From an uncultured Alphaproteobacteria bacterium (GTDB lineage Bacteria > Pseudomonadota > Alphaproteobacteria > HIMB59), in contig CACMUL010000001.1 of NCBI GenBank assembly GCA_902616855.1, positions 132,137-196,136 of the forward strand: a DNA stretch of 64,000 nt. Reading direction: 5' to 3'. Below the pieces are notes generated by a model. It was not told where the DNA came from, did no database searches, and worked only from the letters and a program-made list of their open reading frames with translations. Position numbers and translations under genes: made by a program. Shown piece by piece: positions 49,560-58,947 of the stretch. Every line of letters begins with the position of its first letter. Positions within the stretch are counted from its first letter, which is position 1.

Positions 49560-49634
49560 TCCGCAGTAGCTCAGCGGTAGAGCATTCGGCTGTTAACCGA
49601 CAGGTCGTAGGTTCGAATCCTACCTGCGGAGCCA
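49560..49634 (+). tRNA. tRNA-Asn (GTT)
   Basis: TCCGCAGTAGCTCAGCGGTAGAGCATTCGGCTGTTAACCGACAGGTCGTAGGTTCGAATCCTACCTGCGGAGCCA. Confidence 0.96.
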
Positions 49635-49641
49635 GTTTCTT

Positions 49642-50550
49642 ATGAACTCCAAACATTTCTTATCTACTTTATGTCTCATAGTAGCGTCAATAATTTGGGG
49701 TACTGCATTTGTGGCTCAAACTACAGGAATGGAATTTATTGGTCCACTAACTTTTACAAATATGCGTTTTTTAATTGGTGGAATAATAGTTTTACCTTTT
49801 GCTTTTTATGAAATAAATATAATTAAAAATCTTAAAAATAAAAAAAAATTTATATTCGTAGTTCTTTTAACTGGTTTAAGTTTATTATTAGGAACTTACC
49901 TTCAACAATACGCTTTACAGTATACTAAAGTAGGAAATGCAGCTTTCTTAACTATATTATATGTTCCTTTTGTTCCAATAATATCGAGATTATTTTTAAA
50001 AAAGAAAATTCATTGGAGTATTTGGCTATCCGTATCAATATGTCTAGTAGGTTCTTATTACTTAACTCTTGAAAATAGTTTTGAAGCACAATTTGCTGAT
50101 ATACTTGTAGTTGTATGTGCTTTATTTTTTGCAATACATTGCATTTTAATTGATGAATACTTTGAAATTATAAACGCACCATTTACTTTGGCTTCATCTC
50201 AATTTCTATTATGTTTTTTTTATAGTTTGCCTTTTATATTCATTTTTGAAAATCCTTCTATTGATGGGATATCAAAGGAAATCTTTGAGCTTTTATATGT
50301 AGGTGTAATGTCAAGTGGAATTGCTTATACTCTACAAGTTTTTGGTCAAAGGTATGTAAAACCCTCTACAGCAGCAATTACATTTTCTCTTGAAGGAGTA
50401 TTTGGATCGTTAGCAGCTTGGATTATTCTTTCTCAATTTTTGACAAATATTCAGATTTTTGGGTGTTTTTTAATACTTATTGGTGTGCTCGTAGCACAGC
50501 TTTTACCTTTAATTAACAAAGAAGCAGCCTTAAATAGGTTTTATAGTTAA
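49642..50550 (+). CDS. DMT/EamA family transporter
   Basis: IWGTAFVAQ, about 10 TM segments and SLEGVF. Confidence 0.87.
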   Translation: MNSKHFLSTLCLIVASIIWGTAFVAQTTGMEFIGPLTFTNMRFLIGGIIVLPFAFYEINIIKNLKNKKKFIFVVLLTGLSLLLGTYLQQYALQYTKVGNAAFLTILYVPFVPIISRLFLKKKIHWSIWLSVSICLVGSYYLTLENSFEAQFADILVVVCALFFAIHCILIDEYFEIINAPFTLASSQFLLCFFYSLPFIFIFENPSIDGISKEIFELLYVGVMSSGIAYTLQVFGQRYVKPSTAAITFSLEGVFGSLAAWIILSQFLTNIQIFGCFLILIGVLVAQLLPLINKEAALNRFYS

Positions 50551-50597
50551 TAAATAATCCTACTTTTTATCTAACAAATACAATAAAATTCTACATT

Positions 50598-51959
50598 ATG
50601 AGTGAGGATAGTAAATTTTTTCTAAAAGACAGTGATGTGCCGAAACAATGGTACAACCTGGGAGCGGATTTAAAAGAGCCTATGAGCCCACCCTTAAATC
50701 CAGGAACAAAACAGCCAATAGGTCCAGATGACTTAGCACCTTTATTTCCAATGGAATTAATAATGCAAGAAGTTACCCAAGAGAGATATATTGATATACC
50801 GGGGCCAGTTTTAGAGGCTTACAGTCGTTGGAGATCTACGCCACTGGTAAGGGCTAGAGCTTTAGAGAAAGCTTTAGATACGCCAGCCAGAATTTATTAC
50901 AAATACGAAGGAGCAAGTCCTTCAGGTAGCCATAAACCGAATACTGCATTAGCTCAGGCTTTTTATAATAAAGAAGCAGGTGTAAAAAAAATAGCAACCG
51001 AGACAGGTGCAGGTCAATGGGGAACAGCATTAAGTTATGCTGGGGCGGTATTTGGAATAGAGATTAAAGTATTCATGGTAAGAGTAAGCTATGATCAAAA
51101 ACCTTACAGAAGAGCTATAATTGAAAGTTATGGTGGTAGTGTTGTAGCCAGCCCTTCTAATGAGACAAATTCAGGTAGAGCCATCCTTGAAAAGGATCCT
51201 AATAGTTCAGGTTCACTAGGTATTGCTATATCTGAAGCAGCTGAAGTTGCAGCTACAAATGATGATACAAAATATGCATTAGGTAGTGTACTAAACCATG
51301 TTTTAATGCATCAATCTATAATTGGGCAAGAGGCACTTTTACAAATGGAAATGGCCAATGATTATCCGGATATTGTAATAGGATGTACTGGTGGAGGAAG
51401 TAATTTCTCAGGTTTATGTAATCCTTTTTTAGGAAAAAAATTTAGAGGAGAGCAAGATGTTCATGCTATTGCAGTTGAACCATCTTCTTGTCCTTCTTTA
51501 ACTAAAGGTAAATATTCGTATGACTTTGGTGATACTCTTAAATCTGCACCATTGTTGAAGATGCATACATTAGGCTCTGATTTTATGCCATCACCGACGC
51601 ATGTAGGTGGACTAAGGTATCATGGAATGTCTCCAATGCTATCGCATTTAGTTCATAATGGTCATATGGAACCTCGTGCATATGGTCAAAAGGAGTGCTT
51701 AGAAGCCGGTATACAATTTGCCAGAACTGAGGGCATTATGCCTGCACCTGAAGCTACTCACGCGATTAAAGGTGCTGTTGATGAGGCTCTTAAGTGTAAA
51801 GCAGAGGGCAAATCAAAAGCTATTTTGTTCAATCTTTGTGGGCATGGTCATTTTGATATGCAAGCATATATGGATTATTTTTCAGGCAATCTTGCTGAAG
51901 ATAAATTCGATACTGAAGCTTTTGAAGAGTCTATGGCATCAATACCTGCTGTAAATTAA
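50598..51959 (+). CDS. trpB2: TrpB2-type tryptophan synthase beta chain (stand-alone)
   Basis: GSHKPNTA (PLP Lys), TETGAGQWG, GGGSNF, GGLRYHG and NLCGHG. Confidence 0.92.
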   Translation: MSEDSKFFLKDSDVPKQWYNLGADLKEPMSPPLNPGTKQPIGPDDLAPLFPMELIMQEVTQERYIDIPGPVLEAYSRWRSTPLVRARALEKALDTPARIYYKYEGASPSGSHKPNTALAQAFYNKEAGVKKIATETGAGQWGTALSYAGAVFGIEIKVFMVRVSYDQKPYRRAIIESYGGSVVASPSNETNSGRAILEKDPNSSGSLGIAISEAAEVAATNDDTKYALGSVLNHVLMHQSIIGQEALLQMEMANDYPDIVIGCTGGGSNFSGLCNPFLGKKFRGEQDVHAIAVEPSSCPSLTKGKYSYDFGDTLKSAPLLKMHTLGSDFMPSPTHVGGLRYHGMSPMLSHLVHNGHMEPRAYGQKECLEAGIQFARTEGIMPAPEATHAIKGAVDEALKCKAEGKSKAILFNLCGHGHFDMQAYMDYFSGNLAEDKFDTEAFEESMASIPAVN

Positions 51960-53230
51960 TTTACATTAGGTAGATCATCAAAATTTGATGTGTATGCGGG
52001 ACTTAAGTTTTGTCGTCTAGTTATGTAAAACTTTTCGTAGTTTTCTTTGGCAACACAAATAGTCCCGCTTCCGTATCTGTTATTTAGATTATCAAATACC
52101 TTGTTTACCTTAATCTTTTTTAAAATACTCTCTTCTGATTGATGAAAGAATAAATCTCTATTGTATTCTCCCTCCGGAGTTAAGTCTGAGAGCAAAACAC
52201 CTGCTTTTTTATATTTAATTTCTGGTCGATAGATAGATTTTAGCGCCTTTATAGCAAATTTAATCGTCTCAAATAAGTCATTTGATGGAGATATAAAATC
52301 AAAAGTCCTAGCTGCATGGTATTGTTTATTATTGTTGTTAAATTTATTTGAACGAATAAATGTAGTAATTTTTTTTGCCTGCAAACCATCAGATCTAATC
52401 TTTTCTGAGGCTCTAGTAGCATAAGATATTATTCTTTTCTCTAAATCATGGAAACTAGTTACATAACTTTCGAAAGATCTTGATACTCGACATTGTTTTT
52501 TTGGTTCAGATCTCTCTACTATGGGTATACATATTTCACCATGTAGCTCTCTATAGGTTCTCTCTCCCACTACTCCTAGGTGTTGCCTAACCCACCTTGG
52601 GTCTGTTTTGTATAGATCGTATGCGGTGTAGATACTATTTTTTTGAAGAAATTTCTCTATCCTAGCTCCTATTCCCCAAATATCACCCACTCCCAATACC
52701 TTCAGGGATATTTCTATTTGTTTTTGATTTATAATTTCTACTACTTGGGATCCTAGTTCATCTTTTTTAGCTAGATGGTTTGCTACTTTTGATAAGGTTT
52801 TATTGTTAGCTATTCCTATACTTACAGGTATGCCTATCCACTTCCTTATTATTTTTTTTATTTCTTCTGCTCTTGAAACAAAACTTCTCTCTGAATATTT
52901 ATTTAATATTAAAAAAGCTTCATCTATAGAATAAACTTCCAATCTATCACAATGCTCTTTTAATACTCCCATTACCCTAGATGAGATATTTCCATATAAG
53001 CTGTAATTTGATGAAAATACATGCACTGGATATTTTTTTATTATTTGCTTTATCTCAAAGAAAGGTACTCCCATTTTAATTCCTAATTTCTTAGCTTCGG
53101 AACTTCTAGCTATGACACATCCATCGTTGTTTGATAGAACTACAATAGGTTTTTTACTTAAATCGGGTTTAAAGATAGTCTCACACGAGGCATAAAATGA
53201 ATTACAATCTACTAGAGCCACTATATTCAT
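51956..53230 (-). CDS. umuC: Y-family DNA polymerase V catalytic subunit
   Basis: DCNSFYASCE, VLSNNDGC, YSIDE and C-terminal LSPAYT. Confidence 0.92.
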   Translation of the reverse strand: MNIVALVDCNSFYASCETIFKPDLSKKPIVVLSNNDGCVIARSSEAKKLGIKMGVPFFEIKQIIKKYPVHVFSSNYSLYGNISSRVMGVLKEHCDRLEVYSIDEAFLILNKYSERSFVSRAEEIKKIIRKWIGIPVSIGIANNKTLSKVANHLAKKDELGSQVVEIINQKQIEISLKVLGVGDIWGIGARIEKFLQKNSIYTAYDLYKTDPRWVRQHLGVVGERTYRELHGEICIPIVERSEPKKQCRVSRSFESYVTSFHDLEKRIISYATRASEKIRSDGLQAKKITTFIRSNKFNNNNKQYHAARTFDFISPSNDLFETIKFAIKALKSIYRPEIKYKKAGVLLSDLTPEGEYNRDLFFHQSEESILKKIKVNKVFDNLNNRYGSGTICVAKENYEKFYITRRQNLSPAYTSNFDDLPNVN

Positions 53231-53233
53231 GGG

Positions 53234-53671
53234 TTATTTAATAAATTGACGAATAGCGCTGGTAACAACTCCCCATATTTCTAATTCTGCGTATTCTGAT
53301 ATTAATATATTTTTATACAATGGGTTCTCAGCTTTTAGGATAGCAGAGCCATCCGTCTTGATAACTAGTCTTTTGACTGTTAAGCTTCCCTCAAATATAG
53401 CTATTACTATATCTCTACTTTTAGCTTCTAAACTCCTATCCACAACTAATATGTCGCCATCGTTAATTCCAGAATCTACCATGGAGTCACCACTAGCTCT
53501 CATTAGAAAAGTAGATAGATGATTTTTGATCAATAGTTCTGATAAACTTAGATTATTTTCTATATAATCATCAGCTGGAGATGGAAATCCAGCTGAAATC
53601 TTAGACAAAACATAAGGTACAGACTCAAGGTTGTTGTCCTTATCAGTCTTTACTTGGATACTTTTGTTCAT
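53234..53671 (-). CDS. umuD: UmuD, S24 autopeptidase
   Basis: AGFPSPADDY cleavage site, GDSM (Ser) and TVKRL (Lys). Confidence 0.92.
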   Translation of the reverse strand: MNKSIQVKTDKDNNLESVPYVLSKISAGFPSPADDYIENNLSLSELLIKNHLSTFLMRASGDSMVDSGINDGDILVVDRSLEAKSRDIVIAIFEGSLTVKRLVIKTDGSAILKAENPLYKNILISEYAELEIWGVVTSAIRQFIK

Positions 53672-53680
53672 ATTTTGTTC
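53666..53680 (-). promoter_or_regulatory. Putative alphaproteobacterial LexA box (GAAC-N7-GAAC) overlapping the umuD start codon
   Basis: + strand gttcatattttgttc matches GTTC-N7-GTTC exactly, at an SOS gene. Confidence 0.75.
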
Positions 53681-53735
53681 TTTTATAAACTATAATAGAC
53701 CCTAAAGGAATAAAAAAAAATTAAAATAAAACTTA

Positions 53736-54008
53736 TTATTCGTCGCTATGTGAATTTATTTTTTGGTTAACAATAGCAAGTTGCTCACATAAAGACTTGG
53801 TATGAGAAATAAATACGTATAAAACCAAATAGAGAGATATAAAAATTAAAATAAAATCTAAATTAATTAAATTAGGTGTTTTTAGAAAAATCTTATTAAT
53901 AAGTACAGAGCCTATAAAACTAGTAACAAAGGGCGCCAATCTAGAAAAAATAAGGAAATTACGAATTAATATATTCCTTTGGCTGTATAAATTTGTGTTA
54001 TCTTCCAT
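53736..54008 (-). CDS. Hypothetical 2-TM membrane protein
   Basis: 90-aa non-overlapping ORF with two hydrophobic segments. Confidence 0.55.
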   Translation of the reverse strand: MEDNTNLYSQRNILIRNFLIFSRLAPFVTSFIGSVLINKIFLKTPNLINLDFILIFISLYLVLYVFISHTKSLCEQLAIVNQKINSHSDE

Positions 54009-54038
54009 AAATATAAACTAAGATAAATATATTAGAAA

Positions 54039-54485
54039 ATGGGTAAAATTAAAGCAATCAATATTAGCAACCTTGATGGAGAAAATACTTTTTATATAAA
54101 TCAAGCAATCTTAAACAAAAATAAGGGTATTGTTAATGACAGATATTATGAAAATTGTAAGAATGATTACGAACAAGTAACTTTTATAGAGTCTGAAAAA
54201 ATTGATGATTTTAACAAAAAAATTAAAAAAAAGTTAGATTATAAAGATTTTAGAAGAAATATAATTACATCAGGTATTAATTTGAACAAATTATTAAATA
54301 AAAAAATACAAATTAATAATGTAGTTTTTAAAATACATGAGTTATGTCAACCTTGTAAATATCTTCAAAATAAATTAGAAGTAAAAAATCTAGTTAAACT
54401 TTTAGCCTTTAAAAGTGGAGTACGTGCAGAAATATTGATGTCTGGAGAGATTTCAATAAATGATCAAATAAAAATAATAAAATAG
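54039..54485 (+). CDS. MOSC domain protein
   Basis: GIVNDRY, RRNIITSG, CQPC and GVRAEI. Confidence 0.85.
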   Translation: MGKIKAINISNLDGENTFYINQAILNKNKGIVNDRYYENCKNDYEQVTFIESEKIDDFNKKIKKKLDYKDFRRNIITSGINLNKLLNKKIQINNVVFKIHELCQPCKYLQNKLEVKNLVKLLAFKSGVRAEILMSGEISINDQIKIIK

Positions 54486-55517
54486 TTACTCCCAAATATC
54501 GAAAAAGTTTCTTGTTTTTCCAGGAGTTAATATAGATAAAGGGTTAAATATAAAGTCTGTTTTGTTACCATTCTTTTTTACTTTAAAATCAGCGGCCAAA
54601 AGACTTTCCTCAACATTTTTTCCAAATAATTCACTTAAAAAAGGTACATTTTTAAAATTCTTTTCAAATAAATATAATGGGCCATAAGTGCCATTTACTG
54701 TTGCAGTTTTTTCAGAGGGATTAGCCTCACCTTTAAAGGAAAAAGCAACTGTTCCACCTAGCATCATCGCATGATCAAAACTAAAAATCTTACCTTTCTT
54801 CTGAACAGGTACTTCTAAATAATTAAATTCATCTTGAGAATTTTGTAAGACTGAAAAAATGTCCAACATTCTAGAAGTAAAAAGTAAATTGTAAAATTTT
54901 GAATTTTTATCAATACTAAAATCTTTAACTTTGATATTCATATCATAATCATTGAATTTTCTAAAAGACCCTTTGCCGATTAAAGCACCGCCATTCATAT
55001 TTTTAGATATTTTTTGAGCATAAAAAAATTGTCCAGCATTTTTTGAAAATAAATAAATTTGTTTATTTCCATCTAGTTGCGGAAGAATTGATAATTCAAA
55101 TTCTTTTTTACTGTCATAGAACATCATTGACTCAAAACCTTTATCATAAATAAAATTAAGTTTATTAGAAAAAAGAGAGTATTCATCTGAAATTGTCATT
55201 TCAGATATTTCCCAATTGAAGTTAATTTTCTTTGATAATTTTTTATTTTTTTGTGGTTTGGGAAAAACTTTTTTAAAATTATCAAATGATATTTGATCAG
55301 TATTTAAAAGAATATAAATCTCATTATTATGGTAATTTATAATACCAAAATTTCTCTGACCATTAATTTTTAAGTCAAATTTAATTTCTTTTACTTGATT
55401 ACCTTCAAAATCAATTTGTAATGATTTATCATCATCCTGAAAACTAAAGTCATAAGCAAATGTTTGAAATGGTAAAAATAATAGAACTAATAATTTTAAA
55501 AAATTAGATTTATACAT
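54486..55517 (-). CDS. AsmA-like C-terminal domain protein, short and secreted
   Basis: Signal peptide, beta-rich body and a GTYGPLY...VPFL...NPLSILTPG..R tail typical of AsmA_2/DUF3971 proteins. Confidence 0.65.
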   Translation of the reverse strand: MYKSNFLKLLVLLFLPFQTFAYDFSFQDDDKSLQIDFEGNQVKEIKFDLKINGQRNFGIINYHNNEIYILLNTDQISFDNFKKVFPKPQKNKKLSKKINFNWEISEMTISDEYSLFSNKLNFIYDKGFESMMFYDSKKEFELSILPQLDGNKQIYLFSKNAGQFFYAQKISKNMNGGALIGKGSFRKFNDYDMNIKVKDFSIDKNSKFYNLLFTSRMLDIFSVLQNSQDEFNYLEVPVQKKGKIFSFDHAMMLGGTVAFSFKGEANPSEKTATVNGTYGPLYLFEKNFKNVPFLSELFGKNVEESLLAADFKVKKNGNKTDFIFNPLSILTPGKTRNFFDIWE

Positions 55518-56602
55518 CTATTAATGTTGACTCCAAAAAATCAGATATTTCTCCATCAAGAACATTTTCAGCATTTGATGTCTGATAATTTGTTCTAAGA
55601 TCTTTGACCATTTTATATGGATGAAGGACATAAGATCTTATCTGGTTTCCCCATCCAATCTGCTTTTTATTACTCTCTTCCTTTTTTTTTTCTTCATTTT
55701 TTTTTTCTAATTCTATCTCATATAATCTAGATTTTAACATCTTCATTGCAGTGTCTCTATTACGGTGTTGTGATCGTTCACTTTGACTTTGCACAACAAT
55801 ATTATATTTTAAATGTGTTATTCTTACTGCGCTGTCAGTAGTATTAATATGCTGACCTCCCGCACCTGAAGCTCTGAATGTATCAATTCTTAAATCTTTA
55901 TTATTGATTTCGATTTCTATATTATTGTCTATTTCAGGATATACCCAAACACTTGAAAAACTTGTATGTCTTCTCTTATTTGAGTCAAATGGAGAGATTC
56001 TTACTAATCTGTGAATACCCGATTCATTCTTTAAATAACCATAACTTTTAAAACCAGATATATTCATTGTTAAATTTTTGAGACCAGCCTCCTCTCCTCT
56101 TTGATAATCTATAATTTTATATTTGTAATCATTTTTTTCTGCAAAACGTTGGTACATTCTAGACAACATTTCAGCCCAATCTTGACTTTCAGTACCACCT
56201 GCTCCAGCATGTATTTCAATAAAAGCATTACAATTATCAGTTTCTTTGTTTAAAAGAGATTTAATTTTAATTTTCTCACATTGTTTTTTTAAGTTATTAA
56301 TATTTTCAACTAACTCATTTATTTCTTTATCATTTAGAGACTCATAAATTTCAATAAAATCTTTAAATTCTTTAAACTGATTAAAAATAAAATTAAATTC
56401 GTTTATAACATTTGTATTTTGTTTTAATTTTTCTTGAGATTTATTTATTAAATTAATATTACTCCAATTTTCTTGGTTAGTAATTATTTCGTTTAAGGTT
56501 TCAATTTCTTTAATTGTATTTTCGTAGTCAAAGACTCCTCCTTGTAAGGTTTATTAAAGAGTCTATTTCATTGATTAAATTTAATAGTTCATATTTATCC
56601 AT
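55510..56602 (-). CDS. prfB: Peptide chain release factor 2, programmed +1 frameshift (about 363 aa)
   Basis: ATG 56602, then 24 codons to CTT TGA C. The +1 frame is open through HAGAGGTESQDW, SPF and GGQ. Confidence 0.95.
56527..56542 (-). promoter_or_regulatory. prfB frameshift cassette AGGAGG-AGT-CTT-TGA-C
   Basis: Internal SD 3 nt before CTT TGA C, the canonical RF2 autoregulatory site. Confidence 0.93.
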
Positions 56603-58893
56603 TAATTTATTCCGCCAATGCTTTCAATTTTATTAATATTATCTAATATTTCTAACTGCTCTTTTGTAAAATAGTCAATAATTGTATTTTGTCCATCAGA
56701 AATTTTGCCATTATCTTCATCAACTTTTTTAATAATTAAGTCACTAGGTAATATAAATTTGTCATTTGTATTTTTATTATATGAAAGATAATTCTCAATT
56801 ATTGTTTTAAAAATAGGTAATGCAACAGAGGATCCCGTTTCTCTATATCCTATTGATTTAGGTGTATCGTAACCAACATAAACTCCAATTACATATCTAG
56901 GAGTTAGTCCAAAAAACCATAAATCTTTACTTTCATTTGTGGTACCTGTTTTTCCTGCTATTGGATAATTAATTTTATTTAAAGATTTACCAGTACCTCT
57001 CTCGATAGCTCCTTCTAGTATATTTAGAATTTGAAAAGAAGTTTGTGGGGATATGACTTTTTCTTTTTGTGACTCAATCAATGGTGTTCTGTATGACCTG
57101 TCATTAACTGAAAATGAGCAATAATTACATTTAAAATATTCATTATTAACAATTAATTCACCCTCATTCGAAACGACTTTTTTAATTATAGATGGCTCGA
57201 CTATATATCCACCGTTTAAAAAAATAGAATATGATTTAGCTAAATTTAAGAGATTATTTTCAACAGCTCCGAGTAAGGTAGAATAAACGTCAGTGGTAGC
57301 AGTATTGCTATAAAAATTGATTTTGTCTAAAAATTCATTTACTGAATTCAATCCTAAATCTAGACCTATTTTTAATGTTACTAGATTATTTGAAGTCTCT
57401 AAGGCTCTTCTGAAAGTCAATTCACCATATGATTTGTCAGAGTAATTTTTAGGTACCCATACAGGAAGATCATTCCCTTGATCCAACAATATATTTGAGT
57501 CTAGTATTAACGTATTTGGTAAAAACTTTTTTGTTTCAAGTGCATGGGCATAAATAAAAGGTTTTATTGATGAACCTGGCTGTCTATATGCCTGAGTAAC
57601 TCTGTTAAAATTACTAATATCATAATTAACACCACCAACCATTGAGACAATATCTCCATTAAAAGGATCCATAATAATTACTGATCCATCTATTTCATGT
57701 ATTTGTACTGCGTAAAAAGAATCATCAATATTAGTAACAAATAAGTAATCGCCTATATTTAGATAATTATTTGGTGAAATTTTTTCGATTCCATACAAGT
57801 TATTATCTTTATAAAGATTAATTTTTTTATCTGAATTAATAATTCCTAATTCAATTAAATTAGAATTTTTACTAGTAACTTGGGCAATATGCCAATGATC
57901 ATTTTTATATTTTAATATTTCATCTAAATTTTTATAACTACCATTCCAATTTCTATATTTTCTCTCAAAAAATGCTAAATTATCTATTAAAGATTTTTCT
58001 GATATTTTTTGAAGATTTTGATCTATAGTAGATTGAATATAAAATGCATTTTCATTAGAAGAGTTTAAATTTAAGGAATTTAAGATATAATCAGTTTTAT
58101 AATCAGATTTATATTTTTTATTGTTTTTTTCATAGAGATTTATCTCTAAATTTGAGTATGAATTAAATTGATCTGAAGTAATGAATTTATTTAATTCCAT
58201 TTGTTTTAAGACATAATTTCTTCTATCTAGGGCTCTATCATAATTTTTTTTTGGATCGTAATTATTTGGACCTTTGGGTAAGGCTGCTAAATATGCATAT
58301 TCATGTATATCCAAATCAAATATAGATTTGTTAAAATAATTAAATGAAGCTGAAGCAACTCCATATGAGCGCCGTCCAAAGTAAATTTCATTTAAATATA
58401 ACTCTATAATAAATTCTTTTGTGTATTCTCTCTCTATCCTAAGAGATAATATCAATTCTTTAATTTTTCTTGTGATAGTTTGATCCTTATTGAGTAATAT
58501 GTTTTTAACCAATTGTTGAGTAATTGTGGATGCTCCAACATAATTATTATTACTTTTTGAATAAATATTTTTCAAATTTACAATAAAAGCATTTATAATT
58601 CCTTTGATGTCAAATCCTTGATGTTGAAAAAATGTTTTATCCTCCGCTGAAATAATTGCATTAATCATTTTTTTTGGAATATCTTCATAATCTAGATAAA
58701 ATCTATCTCTGTCACCCACATGGTACATAAGCTCATATTTTTCATCATAAATTTTTGTTATTTCATTTGGGAAATATTTAGATATATTGTGGTCAGGTAA
58801 ATCTTGTTGAATATTCCATAAATATATAATCATTATGGATATACCTAAAATAGTAAGTATAAAAATGTACTGTAAATATTTAAAAAATTTCAT
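56602..58893 (-). CDS. mrcA: Class A penicillin-binding protein 1A
   Basis: AEDKTFFQH, GASTITQQLVKN, RKIKE, SSIK (SxxK), SNN and KTGT. Confidence 0.92.
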   Translation of the reverse strand: MKFFKYLQYIFILTILGISIMIIYLWNIQQDLPDHNISKYFPNEITKIYDEKYELMYHVGDRDRFYLDYEDIPKKMINAIISAEDKTFFQHQGFDIKGIINAFIVNLKNIYSKSNNNYVGASTITQQLVKNILLNKDQTITRKIKELILSLRIEREYTKEFIIELYLNEIYFGRRSYGVASASFNYFNKSIFDLDIHEYAYLAALPKGPNNYDPKKNYDRALDRRNYVLKQMELNKFITSDQFNSYSNLEINLYEKNNKKYKSDYKTDYILNSLNLNSSNENAFYIQSTIDQNLQKISEKSLIDNLAFFERKYRNWNGSYKNLDEILKYKNDHWHIAQVTSKNSNLIELGIINSDKKINLYKDNNLYGIEKISPNNYLNIGDYLFVTNIDDSFYAVQIHEIDGSVIIMDPFNGDIVSMVGGVNYDISNFNRVTQAYRQPGSSIKPFIYAHALETKKFLPNTLILDSNILLDQGNDLPVWVPKNYSDKSYGELTFRRALETSNNLVTLKIGLDLGLNSVNEFLDKINFYSNTATTDVYSTLLGAVENNLLNLAKSYSIFLNGGYIVEPSIIKKVVSNEGELIVNNEYFKCNYCSFSVNDRSYRTPLIESQKEKVISPQTSFQILNILEGAIERGTGKSLNKINYPIAGKTGTTNESKDLWFFGLTPRYVIGVYVGYDTPKSIGYRETGSSVALPIFKTIIENYLSYNKNTNDKFILPSDLIIKKVDEDNGKISDGQNTIIDYFTKEQLEILDNINKIESIGGIN

Positions 58894-58947
58894 TTTACTG
58901 AATAACCAAATTTCTAATAACTTATCATATCAAAAGGATTTAAACAT

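Noticed and set aside
37686-49634. att-bounded islands at tRNA-Cys or tRNA-Asn
   Set aside because: By eye I found no duplicated 3' fragments of either tRNA and no integrase, so mobility is unsupported.
49315-49656. 113-aa ORF
   Set aside because: Antisense to tRNA-Asn and overlaps the DUF1289 gene out of frame.
55510-56169. prfB as a truncated gene or pseudogene
   Set aside because: Explained by the canonical programmed frameshift.
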